A stretch of DNA of 64,000 nucleotides. Origin: Eledone cirrhosa. Taxonomy: Eukaryota. Positions 51,702-64,000 of the stretch are shown here, piece after piece. The position numbers and the translations under genes were made by a program. The notes beneath the pieces are model-generated. The model saw nothing but the letters and a program-made list of their open reading frames with translations, was not told where the DNA came from and searched no databases. The stretch covers positions 30,504,001 to 30,568,000 of the forward strand of contig OZ024757.1 of assembly GCA_964016885.1 (NCBI GenBank). The letters are read 5' to 3'. How positions within the stretch are numbered: the stretch's first letter is position 1; every line of letters starts with the position of its first letter.

Positions 51702-54700
51702 GACCGGATGCCCATGGGAACTCCTATATGTGGATGATCACATACTTATAGCTGAATCTATGGTGGAACTAGAGAAGAAATTCCAAACTAGAAAGAAAGG
51801 GTCTCAAAGTCAACCTGACAAGGACTAAGGTCCTTGTAAGTAGACGAGAAAACAGAACCCAGATGCCCTCAGGGAAATGACTTTGCTCAGTATGTAGGAA
51901 AGGTGTAAGTAGGAACTCTATCCTCTGCCCCAAATGCAAACAATGGGTACACAAGAGATGTAGTGGGATCTCAGGAAACTTAGCTAAGAATATAGGCTTC
52001 ACATGTAACAGCTGCACTGGGACAGCAAGCGGCAAACGGCCACAGGAAACAAGCACCACCAAACTCTGAGAGAGCTTTGTAGAAACAATAGACAGCTTCT
52101 ACTACCTAGGTGACCAAATTAGCACTGGAGGCGGGTGTTCGGAAAGTACAATAACTAGGTCAAGAATGGGATGGAAGAAGTTCAGGGAGCTACCGCCACT
52201 ACTAGCTGCAAAAGGTTTTTCACTCAAAATGAAAGCAGACTGTATGATGCGTGTATACGAACAGCAATGTTACATGGTTGTGAGACCTGGGCGCTGTCTG
52301 TAGAAGACTTGCGTAGATTAGAAAGAAACGAAGCTTGCATACTCCGATGGATGTGTAATAGTAATATATGCGAACGGCAAAGCATAAACGAATTGAGAGA
52401 GAGACTGAGCATAAGAGGAATCAAATGGTGTGTGCAGGAGAGGAGGTTGCGTTGGTATGGATATGTGATGCGTATGAAGGATGACAGCTGCATGAAAAGG
52501 CGCAGAGCACTAGAAGTCGATGGAGTGGGGAGACCCAAGAAGAGCTGGGATGGGGTGATAAAAGCCAACCTTACCCAATTGCACCTCTTAAAGGCGATGA
52601 CACACGACTGTGACCTCTGGGGTCATGCAGTAATACAGAAGACCCGACTTCCCACGGGTACAAGCCGAAGCTGAAGCATATAGACAATATGCCCCCATCC
52701 CCCTCCCACTGCAAAGTGGTCGTGAGGTGCCACGGCAAAAAAGCACCCAGCCCACACTGCAAAGTGGACGTGTAGGTGCCACGGAAAAAAAGCACCCAGC
52801 ACTCACTGTAAATGAGGTTGGTGTTAGGAAGGGCATCCAGCTGTAGAAATCAAGCCAGAATCAGTTCCCGTATGAGCAGGACAAGGTAAGCTGACTGGAC
52901 ACTGTCCACAACTGGACAACCCGTCTAACCCATGCTAGTGTGGAAGAACAGACGTAAAACGGTAATGATGATGATGATGATGATGTGTGTGTGTGTATAT
53001 ATGCCAAGGGCAAACAGAACACCGAACTGAGAACTTACAGTCAAGTTTTCTCCAGTTTCCACCCTACCAGCTGGGGTATACCATGTTCCAAAACAGGAAA
53101 CTTTAGCTTCTTGCATCATAAGAACTTGATTTAAATTATCGAAGATTACTCCACATACTATGTAGCCCACCGTCTTCTTCACCACAGGGACATACTGGTC
53201 ATCTTGACAAAATATCGAAAAGAAAAGATGGAAACATTTAAAAAAAATTAAATTCATAATTATACATAATCCAGTGTAGTTAAAGAGTCTGATTTGCAAC
53301 CATGTAGTTTTTTGTTCAGTATCATTGCATGGCTATTTCAGACCTGTCAACCCTCCCCGTCAGACAGGGAGATATCCCAACCACTTTGGGGTGGGTGAGA
53401 GATGTCTTCTCTTGTGAAAATGGTAGAGCTTTCACTATGTAAAATCTTCCCATTTTGCCTTATTTCTCCCCGTTTTAGGGCATTTTTTCTTTTCATGGTT
53501 TTAGAGGTTGGCAAGGTCTGCTCTTTGGACCAGCGTCTTCTACTATTGCCATGGGTTCACCAATGCATTGTGGAGAAAATTTGGAAGACGGAAACTGTGT
53601 GAAAGCCTGTTGTGTAAATATATCTATTTAAAGCTGTGTAGCTATGGTGCGACCACACTTAGAATTTGCATCACCAGTCTGGAACCCCTATCTTGCTCAG
53701 AACATTGACCGCCTAGAAACTGTTCAGAGATGTGCAACCAATCGAATATGCTCCATCAGGCATCTACCATACTCTGAACGCCTTGCTTCCCTGGGCATGG
53801 ATACATTGAAGCTCCGACGTCTGGCAACTGACTTGGTAAACATCCACAAAATTATTAATAATCTTGCCAACAACAACCGTGAATACCTTTTTGATTTCCA
53901 TGTGTCTAACACATGTGGGCATGCCCACAAATCAGAAAACAGCACAGTTCCCATGACTTTCGGAAACATATTTTCACGCTCAGAGTTGCTGAAGCATGGA
54001 ACAAACTACCTGCACCAGTTGTTAACTGTCGAGACACTGCATCCTTTAAAACCTCCATGCTTCCTGAGATTCGCCAACTCTACACCTAATATTCCCCTTC
54101 CATACACACGCACACATGTATATCATGACTCATACACTATTCACTTCCCTGACATTTGTATATTATTCTATGTACTATACATGCACCTTTGACGAGTTGT
54201 AGTGCACATGAGCACTGTACACAATAATTTCATTATTATTATTCATTATATATATTATTATTATATATATATGAATGAAACAGTTCTAGTCCTGTAGAAG
54301 TCATTTCTCTATATATAATAAAGATGTCTATACTCTACTAATGTATTGAGTACTTTACTTACTGTGCGCATCCCGATTGAACCCGGGACTCACGCACACA
54401 CATACACAGATATATTTATATATAGATAGATACAAACGTGTGTGTTCAAGTCTGTGCTTAAGTTTCCTTTCTGTGTATGTCTTGCAACTTAACAGTTCGA
54501 CAAAAAGAGAATGATAAAGTAAGTACTGAGGTCTTTATGATTGACTAAATCCTTCTGTAATAAATTGTAGGTACAGTCCAACTGACAGGCTTCCAAACAT
54601 TTTACGTCTACAAAATTTCATTCCTATAGTAAATGACATTTGCTGAAGATTCCAGTGGAATCAAACCAGTGCCGGTTGTAGGACAAATGAGGCTCAGTGT

Positions 54701-55389
54701 TAGTTAAGTCGTGTGGCCCTTTATTTGGATCCTGAAGGATATAAAAAAAAAAATGGGGGGACGGGAAGATCGGTGCACCTAGCCAACAGGGTCCTATGTT
54801 TAAGCACAATGGTAAATCCGCCACTGAATCAGACCCATACATATTAAATTTCTTTTTCATTTACTAATAAATCATTCAGTATTTTCATACACAGATGAAT
54901 CACGTAAGCGTTCATTTTTATTTTACTCCGTACGACAGAATAGTTAGAGCGACGGAGAAAATGCATTTGTAGTATTTAATTACAGCCGTTTACATTCTGA
55001 GTTCAAATCCCACCGAAGTTAACTTTGCCTTTCATCCTTCCGAGGTCGATAAAATAAATCACTCGTCATGTACTGGATGTAATCGACTTCCGTTAACCAC
55101 ACAAATTGATGGCAGAGTGCCTAAATTAAAAACCATTACATACGGTGGTCGCTGTCTACTTAAATCGAAAGAACGCCAAAATGACAAATAAATTGTGCTT
55201 AAATTGTTGCCACTTTTGATAATTATATTTATGAAGTTAAATGTGGAGAAAGCAATTGAAAACATTTCAATGGTACAATGTGTGTTAGTGTGAATACTCA
55301 CTCATTCGAATACTATCAGGTTCTTTGCTTGGTAATTCAACAGCTTTACTGTCAAATAAAAGCTTTGTGTCGCTCATTAGTTTATCCAT
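45529..55389 (-). CDS. NUDT18: Nudix hydrolase 18 (8-oxo-dGDP phosphatase, MTH3)-like, 7 exons, 327 aa
   Basis: Exons 55302-55389, 53039-53202, 50514-50634, 50254-50350, 47641-47784, 47116-47221, 45529-45792 (984 nt, GT-AG, in phase). Complete Nudix box GRVETGENLT|DAVKREVLEETGL. Other motifs: VLMMQEAK..CFGTWYTPAG, HWYRFTF, GGTLK...DSESLQAKW, VEHCG...DGICL. Confidence 0.92.
47116..47221 (-). CDS. NUDT18: NUDT18 exon 6
   Basis: DMKLLVKSNTQPHLPVSDISPDDWSILMPVFFILR|gtaagt. Confidence 0.85.
47641..47784 (-). CDS. NUDT18: NUDT18 exon 5
   Basis: SKDIIPLLELGLQY...LPVQVPHKRLLLRMVITVKTA. Confidence 0.88.
47900..48260. mobile_element. Long-TIR foldback/MITE-like element
   Basis: ttgggagagtcatgttgccaataaaaacacatgcacct ... 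aggtgcatgtgtttttattggcaacatgaccctcccaa. Same family at 36295-36495. Confidence 0.7.
48565..48607 (-). ncRNA. Putative minimal type-I hammerhead ribozyme
   Basis: ACAGUC-CUGAUGA-aaGGU(ACUG)ACCca-GAAA-CAUG-UU-GAUUGU; palindromic stem III. Confidence 0.5.
49794..50197. mobile_element. Long-TIR foldback element (about 125-bp arms with internal palindrome)
   Basis: Arms 49794-49916 and 50073-50197 are reverse complements. Family members at 35812-35962 and 36540-36717. Confidence 0.7.
50254..50350 (-). CDS. NUDT18: NUDT18 exon 4
   Basis: GGTLKDVSRGDSESLQAKWISFGNIKNGKIKLR. Confidence 0.9.
50514..50634 (-). CDS. NUDT18: NUDT18 exon 3
   Basis: DAVKREVLEETGL...HWYRFTFIGNTV. Confidence 0.93.
51745..52650 (+). 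mobile_element. RTE-clade LINE fragment
   Basis: FYYLGD, GWKKFRELPPLL, RLYDACIRTAMLHGCETWAL, RRLRWYG, GRPKKSW with frameshifts. Related pieces near 3380-3750, 17915-18135, 18640-18765, 22490-22760, 27960-28195, 36960-37150. Confidence 0.8.
53039..53202 (-). CDS. NUDT18: NUDT18 exon 2
   Basis: DQYVPVVKKTVGYIVCGVIF...WYTPAGRVETGENLT|gtaagt. Confidence 0.93.
53620..54240 (+). mobile_element. CR1-type LINE 3' fragment in NUDT18 intron 1
   Basis: [29 protein letters not shown]...LPYSERLASLG. Confidence 0.85.
55302..55389 (-). CDS. NUDT18: NUDT18 exon 1
   Basis: MDKLMSDTKLLFDSKAVELPSKEPDSIRM A|gtgagt; phase matches next exon. Confidence 0.75.
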
Positions 55390-55482
55390 AGCTTAATCAT
55401 CTAAGCGTAGTTTAAATAATCTTAAATAGTGATCTGAGCTCTCCCTTTCTTACACATTTAATGTGGCCAGCATCCACGAGAA

Positions 55483-55539
<57 letters not shown>

Positions 55540-56221
55540 CGCCTAATAATAGCAGTTTAGTTTCGATATCTTTGCATATCCCCCACACATGCCTACACAC
55601 TTATATATGTATATCTGCTATTATTTTCCGTGTTATCACCGATAAACGGTTCAGTGGTTAGTAGTTTCACCCGTCAAAGAGGATATCGAACTCAAACACA
55701 AAATGAGGGATCGCAATCACAGGTATTACACGCACACTCAGTAAGATCTCACATATATAATATATAAGCGAGTCGAAAAACTCTCGATTAACCGAGATTG
55801 TTCCAATCAAATAGTCGATAGGAACAACACATGTTTGAGGTGTATAAAATATATAAACAAGAAAACATGGGAGGTAACTCTAATAAGTGCTGAGATAATT
55901 TGTTGATTATATTTTTTTAATATCTATTTCTTTAACGTTTTTCTTTTAGTATGCAAACGGTGATGAATTGTAAATTTCTGTGTTTTATTTTAAAAATAAA
56001 TATTTGTTGTTCCATTTGTGTTGATAATTTGGGAATAATTTCGTATACGGTTGTTTAATAAACACACATTCAGCCGGGTCGAGTTAATTTATACTGCGGT
56101 TAAAACACCGATCTCATCCAAGTTAAGTAAGCCACCAATGTATGCTACATATTGATTTTTTAGACAAAAACAACGCGTATACCTGCGCGCACACAGACAC
56201 AGTGACGCTCGCACGCACTCT

Positions 56222-56376
<155 letters not shown>

Positions 56377-56939
56377 TGAAGTAATTCCGTCGGAAAAGTC
56401 CAGGAAAAAAGAGTGCTCTATGTAAGCAACAGAGCTTAATTATTATTATGTAATAAACAACATAAGGCAATTATTCCATTTACCAGTGGTTTCTTAAAAG
56501 CAAAAGGTTTTGCTTTCAATCCTCAGAACGAAAAAATCCTGGTTTGTTTATTGAATTTGGATCTTAAAAACAAAAAAGGCAAGCTATGTGAAAGTGAGGC
56601 TGGAGAAGGAAAAAGGAAAGGAAAAAATAAAAACAAAATAAGACTACCCATACAACCACACACACGAAAACACACACACACACACGCATGTGTATGCGCG
56701 CACGCACGCGTATACAAATATAAATATATTTCCCCCATACACATGTGTGTGCGTGCATGCGCGCATACGCGCAGGGTATGTTCTGTTGAAAGTGTCTCGT
56801 GAATTTATGGCTACAGTTGTATAGATTATACTTAGAAATTGCCCACAGAATTCCCTAAACCTTTGTCAATATACTAGAACCTTTAAGAATTTAGCTTTTA
56901 AGGAATCTCCCCTTCCTCCAAATCTATCTACCATGACTG

Positions 56940-58080
56940 ACCCCATACTGATCTTACAGACACCTGTAAGCTAAAGAGAAAGCCAATGATAAGGATTGGC
57001 TCCAATCTGAATACAGGAATACAAGAAGCCACGGAGAAGTGTAAGACCCTCATAGAACTGGACATGAAAGGAATTTGCCCATTGTATAGGAGCAAATCAT
57101 GGAATAGCTTAGATAGGACTAGACATAAGATAGGGAAAACCACCTCATGGTACGACAACCAGAGATACCAGAGTGTCATGTTTGTGGACGCTACTCCTGG
57201 AGGGAAATTAGCTAACCAGTGTAGAAAGGCCCTGAGAAAGACCCACTTAAAGATTAAGGTGGTAGAAAAGCCAGGAACCACAATAAAATCCCTGATCAGC
57301 AAAACCTACCCTTTTAAGAAAACCCACTGTACTAATAGGAAATGTATCATATGTAAAGTAAACTCCCGGATAAACTGTAAAACTAGAAACGTAGTCTATA
57401 GCATAAGATGTACAGAGGGTACTTGCAGAAACATGACAACAACATACATAGGCGAGACAGCTCGCAGCATAGGTGAAAGGATAGACCAACACTGGGGGGA
57501 ACTAAAGGGACGAAAAAACGGTTCAGTACTATACGAACATGCTAGACAACAACATGACGGTAACATAGACAACATAGAAATTAGAATAATATCTAAACAT
57601 AGAAATGACCCAGCAGATAGGCAAATCAGAGTGGTCAGCGAAATAGAACTTAGAAGGCCAAGGCTAAACAGAAAAAATGAATGGAATAACAACAACATCC
57701 AAGCAAACAACACTGACCTAAGATAAGTATAAATAAATAAATACATACACAAGCACAATAACAACAAACACATATAAATACACACTAGTAAACTAAGATA
57801 GAATACAATAACCAATACACAGTCACCCAAACACGAACACACATCAAACAAAACACTATACACACACGCAAACGCATGTGCAGAGAAGACAAAAAAAAAA
57901 CAACAAATAAATAAATAAACAGACTAAATAAAGATGGCGTAAGCATACAACACAACGAGAGGAAACATAATAGCACCACTGACGATGTTGAAGATGTGCA
58001 ACGAAAGAACTTTGTTAGACTATATATGTGTTTGTGTCTATATTGTATCTGTATTTTTGACCGTTGGTCAGTCAATGGTA
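56940..58080 (+). mobile_element. Penelope-like retroelement 3' part (post-RT linker, Cys-rich knuckle, GIY-YIG endonuclease, pLTR tail)
   Basis: ORF 56986-57726: MFVDATPGGKLA, KVVEKPG, HCTNRKCIIC, CKTRNVVYSIRC...YIGETARSIGERIDQH...LYEH, PRLNRKNEW. Confidence 0.88.
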
Positions 58081-58849
58081 ACATTGAGGGCCGAATAAAT
58101 TAAATTAACCGATATAAAAGACACAGAAGCGAAAACCAACCAAACAGTGTGTTCTGTTCGGTGAATTGGCAGTATCGGTAGAGGGTTGGACGCCATGCTT
58201 TGTAGCAGAGTTACATCCCTTTACAGTCTCAGTTCAAATGCCGCCGAGGTTAACTTTGCCTTTCATCCTTACAGGGTCGATAAAATAAAGTACCAGTAAT
58301 ATACTGGTAATTGCTGGCCTTGTGCCTAAAGTAGAAACAATTATTACACAAATATGACCCTTCCCAAGTATAACAATATTTGTTTCGACACACGATTTCA
58401 TATAAAAAACCTCGCAAAACTATATATATATATATATATATATTATAAAAGAAAGGATAAGATTTTGCTGTAAACGTGTAAATTATTATAATAATTGATA
58501 CTACTTTTGGAACAAGGCTAGCAATTATCCCAGTGCATTACTGGTGCTTTATTTTATCGACCCGGTAAGGATGAAAGGCAAAGTTAACCTCGGTGGGATT
58601 TGAACTCAGACCGTAACTCTATGCTGCAAAGTATGGCGTCTGACCCTCTACCGATTCTGCCAATAAAACAATCAATTTTCTGCAAGCCATCGGTGTAGAG
58701 AATACGAAACTTCTAAGGCCGTGCACAGCTCTGTATGACTGACAGCCATACTTGTGTTGTTGTTTGCGAAACAGGAACCAAAGTAACGGGAACAGTGGTT
58801 CATATCTATACAGTATATATATATATATATCTATATATATTTTCACAAC

Positions 58850-58918
58850 ATGGGATGTGATGGCGGAACAATACCCACAAGGGATGAGTTGGTCAGAACA
58901 AAGAAAAAACCAGAACAG
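58850..58918 (+). CDS. RTF2: RTF2 exon 1
   Basis: MGCDGGTIPTRDELVRTKKKPEQ|gtgagt. Confidence 0.93.
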
Positions 58919-61900
58919 GTGAGTTTTTTTCTATTTTGTGTGTTTCTTTCATGTAAGTCAGAGGAGTCTAGTTAATCTTCAAACCAGATCTGGATAGACC
59001 AGTCGAATATCTATGTTGTTTTGAATATTTGTGTATATAGCGGGCAGCTGGACTATAGAGTAAATTATTTTGCAAATATTCAAGAATTTGCATGGATTTA
59101 ATAATAAAAACAACTTTTTCAAAATTAAGAATGTGTTTGTTACAGGATATTATATAGGTATTTAATGAAATCCGTACGTAAGACCATACATATTTCAAAG
59201 ATGAATGATTTCAATATCATTTTAAAATAACGTTTGAAAAACGGAGTAGGCATGGTGTTGGGTGGTACAACTGCTGATCAATGAGCCTGAGTGGAAGAGG
59301 TGTCCTGGCGTCGCAACAAAGCCAGTCTTGTCAAGAAAGGGGTGAACATCATATATTAGCCCAACATGTTGACTGTTGTCATTTTATCCTCTCCCATATA
59401 TACACCAGGTCCGAACACAAAAGAACCAAACGCACACTGTTACTGCCCCGCCCTCTGCTCTCCCCATCTCTCACTATTGTGAGCAAATGGGGGTCCCCAC
59501 AAATGTCTCCACCGACGCCACAAACTGGAAAACATAATTTGCCGATAATTCCTGGTATTTTAGAATTATATTCCAATAGGCTATGTAGCCGGTAAACCCT
59601 AAAGGGACGCAACACACATCGCTATAGCGTTTCACCAGCCTCTTCCTTCTGTATCTGTTTATGTATTTACGTATAGATGTGTGTGTATGTAACTAAAGCG
59701 TAACGTACTTTACGAATGGACGACTAAATGATTTTAATTCGTTTTTTAACAATTGATGGTGGAGAAGATTTCAGATTGTCTTAATTAACTCTGGCCGCAA
59801 CTCATGGTGTCTGACACTCTTACCGGCTACATAGCCTCTTCCTTTAAAATATATGTAAACACTTTAAAACGAGCAGTTTTACAATATAGAACCAAAGGTG
59901 CAGGTGATGTTCCTTGATTTCCCACCCACATTCAAGACCTCTATTTTCCACCACCATGTATAATAGCAGTATCTGTTCTTCATAAAACTTATGTTTCTCT
60001 AATTCCAGAAAGACAAAATGGCTGATTTGGCTGCCAAATGGAAACATTGTGCCATCTCGCAGGAACCCTTGAGATCTCCTATTATGAGCTGTGAACTTGG
60101 CAGGTCAGTATCTCTATTAGTTTGTGGTCATGCTGGGGCACCACCTTAGAGGTGATCATATCGACCCCAGTACTTTTTTTTTTCTTGAACTACCTAGTTG
60201 CAGGACATAACCACAAATATAACACAGACACATACAAATATATATATTCAAGTTATAGGACATGAATGTAGACACAAGCATAAACACAGACACACAGATA
60301 CTCACACACACACACAAATATTTACACTATGGTAGGGCTTCGAGAAGTCATGGGAGTATTACTAAGAGTTGTATACTAATTTTGTGGACCTAGAAAAGGC
60401 ATACGGCCATGTGACACAGGACTTGTTATGGAAAGTTCTGTGCGAATATGGGATCAATGGAAAACAGCTTCTTGTCTTGAAGTCCCTGAACATTTGTCAT
60501 ATTGGTAAATTTACATGGAATACTTTTGCACTCATTTAACCCTTAATAGCATTAAAACCAGCTGTATCCAACCATAATTCTCTCACCTTTTTCTGTTCAA
60601 ACTGACTGTAACTGGCCACTCACTCTGATGTTAAGGTATTGTTCTCAAAATAAATAATATCAAAATCTCATAGAGTCGATAATATGTGAGATAAAGACTT
60701 TACTGAGAAAATACAATAGTAAATATATAGTAATGTAAATGCTAAAGGGTTAAATGAAATCTAAAACGTCTAAAGTCTGTCTGAAGCCCAGAAGCTCATT
60801 AAGCCAATTCTTATCCTGTTTTCTCAATGTTAAGCGATTAAGAGTACAAGACTTCCCCACTCCTGTGGACATGATGCCAGTCAATTGGATTAAACCCCAA
60901 CTACTGCTGGTACTCATTTTCAGCTGAGTATACTGGAGCAACATAAACTGAATTGTTTTGCTCAAGAACACATCACACAACTCGGTCCTGAAATCAAGCC
61001 AGCCATGACATAATGATCATAAGTCCATAACCACTGGGCCATACACCTGCAATTAAATGAAATGAAAAGAGTATTCATTTCCTGCTTTACTTTTCATCAT
61101 TTCAGATTATACAATCAAGAAACTGTTCTGGAGTTTCTCCTTGATCGAAGTAGTTTTGAGTGTGCCCAGAGTTTCAGTCATCTTCGAGGGCTGAAGGTAA
61201 GTCTCACCTTATATCTTAATCCTTTCCTAGTCTTTAGGTGTCTTTTACAAAAGTCTACTTTGTTCTAAGCATTTGGGTCAAATCTTCAGTTTGTTAACTC
61301 CTGCTCTTCTCAGTCACAGACTCTTCTTCTAAGCCATTAACTGTTTCCTGGCCGTATTTCTAATGAAATACACTCGATTTCAGTTAATTTATGAAGATTT
61401 GTGATGGATTTACTAAAATTATTAATTATTTCATTACTAAGATTGTAACTGAACATATAGTTCTTATATGTGAGAAAAAAGACGTATAAATGATGATAAC
61501 AGGAACCCTTTAAAATGGTTGATAACAGGAACCCTTTAAAATGGTTGATTTTATTTCTTAGAACCATATTGTTGGCCTCATTGAATAAAAAGGTAAATAA
61601 ATAAGGAATTATTTTGCTTTATTTTACAGGATATTAAAAAACTGAATTTGACAGAAAACCGTGGAGATTCCAGACCAAAAGCAGAAAAGGGTGATGGTTA
61701 CATCGATACCCTTGCTTCACGGTATATATGTCCTGTGGTGGGTGTAGAAATGAATGGCATGTTTAAGTAAGTATATCCCATTCATATTATATATATATAA
61801 GGCGGTGGATTGGCTTTATCGGTATGTGGTCGGACGCCATGCTTTGACACATAGAGTTACGGCCCTCGCCATTCTGAGTTCAAATCCCGCTGAGGTTAAC

Positions 61901-63908
61901 TTTGCCTTTCATCTTTACGGGGTTGATAAAATAAAGTACCAATCATGTACTGGGTAATTGCTGGCCTTGTGCCAAAAGTAGAAACAATTATATATATATA
62001 TAGAGAGAGAGAGTTAGTTAGTTCCATAACAAATTAGCAAACCATACTAGAGGATGCGTGTTTCACTGAATGAATTAACTAGAGTTGAGAATCCGTTGGG
62101 TGAAATGCGTCCTCGAGTATGGTTTCCTAATTTCTTGTGGAACTAACTCTATACCAAACTCGTCCTATGAACTGAGTGCTTCACTTACTATGGATATAGC
62201 CTCCTGGTTTTTTACCACTATATATATATGATCTTGGTAGGGTTTGAAATCAGAATTTAAAAAGAGCCATGTCAAATGCAGCAAAACATTTTGTCTGATG
62301 CTTTAATGATACTATATTATCTTTTGCAGATTCTGCTTCCCGTGGACATGTGGTTGTGTGATGTCTGAACGTGCTCTGAAAGAGGTGAAATCAGATATGT
62401 GTCATAAGGTAAGGGATGTCTCATCTTCGGTCTCTCTTTCTCTGTCATAAAGTATGACATACCTCAGACTCTCTCTGTTATAAGGTAAGACACGTCTCAG
62501 TCTCTATCTGTCATAAGGTAAGACAGATCTTAGTCTCTACCTGTTATAAGGTAAGACATGTCTCAGTATTCGGTCTCTCTCCATCATAAAGTAAGACATG
62601 TTTCAGACTCTCTCTGTTATAAGGTAAGATATGTCTTAATCTTCAGTCTCTCTTTCTGTCATAAAGTCAGACTCTCTCTGTTATAAGATAAGACACGTCT
62701 CAGTCTCTACCTGTCATAAGGTAAGACATGTCTCAGTCCCTCTATCTCTCACTGATTCACCATTTGACCAATAGTCCATTTTCTTCCATGGTCGTTTGAT
62801 TTGTCAGAAATAGCAAGTGGGGAGGAAGAGCAAGGGTCGGACACCATGTTTTGTAGCAAAGAGTTACGGTCCTTTAAGATCTGAGTTCAAATCCCGCCGA
62901 GGTTAACTTTGCCTTTCATCCTTACGGGGTCGATAAAATAAAGTACCAGTAATACACTGGGATAATTGCTGGCCTTGTGCCAAAAGTAGAAACAATTATT
63001 ATTATTATTAACTTTGCCTTTCATCCTTACGGGGTCGATAAAATAAAGTACCAGTAATGCACTGGGATAATTGCTGGCCTTGTGCCAAAAGTAGAAACAA
63101 TTATTATTGGCAGAATCAGTAGAGTGTAGCATACAGTTATGGCCCTTTACATTCTGAATTCAAATCCCATTGAGGTTAACTTAGCCTTTCATTCTTATAG
63201 AGTCAATAAATTACAGTATCAGTGATGTACTGGGATCAGTTTAATCAACTTTCTCCTTCCCTTCAAATTGCTGGGCTTTTGCTAAAAGTAGAAACAATTA
63301 AGGTAGTGGATTGGCAGTATCAATGGAGCGTTGGAGAAAATGCTTTGTGGTATTTAGTTATGACTTTCTACATTCAGAATTCAAATCCTGCCAGTCAAAT
63401 TTGCCTTTTGTCCTTCTGGGGGTCAACTAAAATAAGTAACAGCCAAATACTGGGATCAATGTAATCAACTTTCCTCTCACCACAAATTGCTGGACTTGTG
63501 CCAATGTTAGAAAAAATTATTATTGTCATTAATTCATTTCAGAGAGCTGGTACAATGCAGTAGAAATCTGCTGTACTCAGGCCTGGAGAGGGATGGGCTC
63601 CATCTGGCTTAAAATGCCCAAGAAATGCCTTATGTCAATACAGTGCTCCTATCAGGAGTTACAGGACCATACATATATACATGTTCCTTATAGTATTAGG
63701 AATGATGTTGTGTTTTAGACACAGGTTAAGGAAGTTGATCTGGCAACAGAGTTTTGCTCGTTTTTCTGATAATTGTTATCATTACATTCCGCAGTGTGGT
63801 GAAAAGATGGCCAAGGAAGATTTTGTAATACTCAATTCAAATGAAGATGATTTAGAAATAATAAAAGACAGAATGAAACAGAGAAGACTGGCCGCTAAAC
63901 TGCAGAAG
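58850..63908 (+). CDS. RTF2: Replication termination factor 2 (RTF2/RTFDC1), first six exons; gene continues past the window
   Basis: Exons 58850-58918, 60009-60103, 61106-61196, 61630-61766, 62330-62408, 63795-63908. Motifs: MGCDGGTIPTRDELV, WKHCAISQEPL, CELGRLYN, YICPVVGVEMNG, CGCVMSERALKE, CHK|CG. Confidence 0.95.
60009..60103 (+). CDS. RTF2: RTF2 exon 2
   Basis: KDKMADLAAKWKHCAISQEPLRSPIMSCELG. Confidence 0.93.
61106..61196 (+). CDS. RTF2: RTF2 exon 3
   Basis: LYNQETVLEFLLDRSSFECAQSFSHLRGLK|gtaagt. Confidence 0.93.
61630..61766 (+). CDS. RTF2: RTF2 exon 4
   Basis: DIKKLNLTEN...YICPVVGVEMNGMF. Confidence 0.93.
62330..62408 (+). CDS. RTF2: RTF2 exon 5
   Basis: FCFPWTCGCVMSERALKEVKSDMCHK|gtaagg. 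Confidence 0.93.
62399..62745 (+). repeat. About 33-bp minisatellite containing copies of the RTF2 exon 5 donor site
   Basis: tgt(c/t)ataag|gtaaga repeated; GT at 62409 (true donor), 62485, 62518, 62551, 62591, 62624, 62721. Confidence 0.88.
63795..63908 (+). CDS. RTF2: RTF2 exon 6
   Basis: CGEKMAKEDFVILN...DRMKQRRLAAKLQK|gttggt. Confidence 0.92.
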
Positions 63909-64000
63909 GTTGGTAATGTTTTCAATCAAAATTCATTTGTATTCAACTGCATGTATTTACAAACAGAAAGAGAGAAAAAAGCAGGTAGGGGAGAAAGAAA

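Overview
AT-rich, microsatellite- and SINE-dense animal genomic DNA. The repeat families look like those of an octopod cephalopod (inference). Five intron-containing genes were reconstructed by hand from GT-AG boundaries and reading phase. (1) Mitochondrial helicase Twinkle/TWNK: minus strand, 13 coding exons, about 654 aa, 8151-21546. (2) TTC36: plus, 4 exons, 194 aa, 27118-33111. (3) An SVBP-like gene (small vasohibin-binding protein): plus, 37813-44820, with a tandemly duplicated 126-nt exon whose two copies are both intact and encode half of the vasohibin-binding helix. (4) NUDT18: minus, 7 exons, 327 aa, 45529-55389. (5) RTF2: plus, 6 exons seen, 58850 to beyond the window. The rest is tRNA-derived SINEs, CR1/RTE/CRE/Tx1-like LINE remnants, Penelope-like GIY-YIG elements, piggyBac- and hAT-type MITEs, and a 3.4-kb 52-bp satellite directly behind the Twinkle stop codon. 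Best leads: the duplicated SVBP exon; several type-I hammerhead-ribozyme-like motifs in introns, including a sense/antisense pair in a long palindrome; a minisatellite made of copies of an RTF2 5' splice site; and a Twinkle N-terminal domain that retains a CxxC motif. All calls are from reading the sequence; no searches were run.
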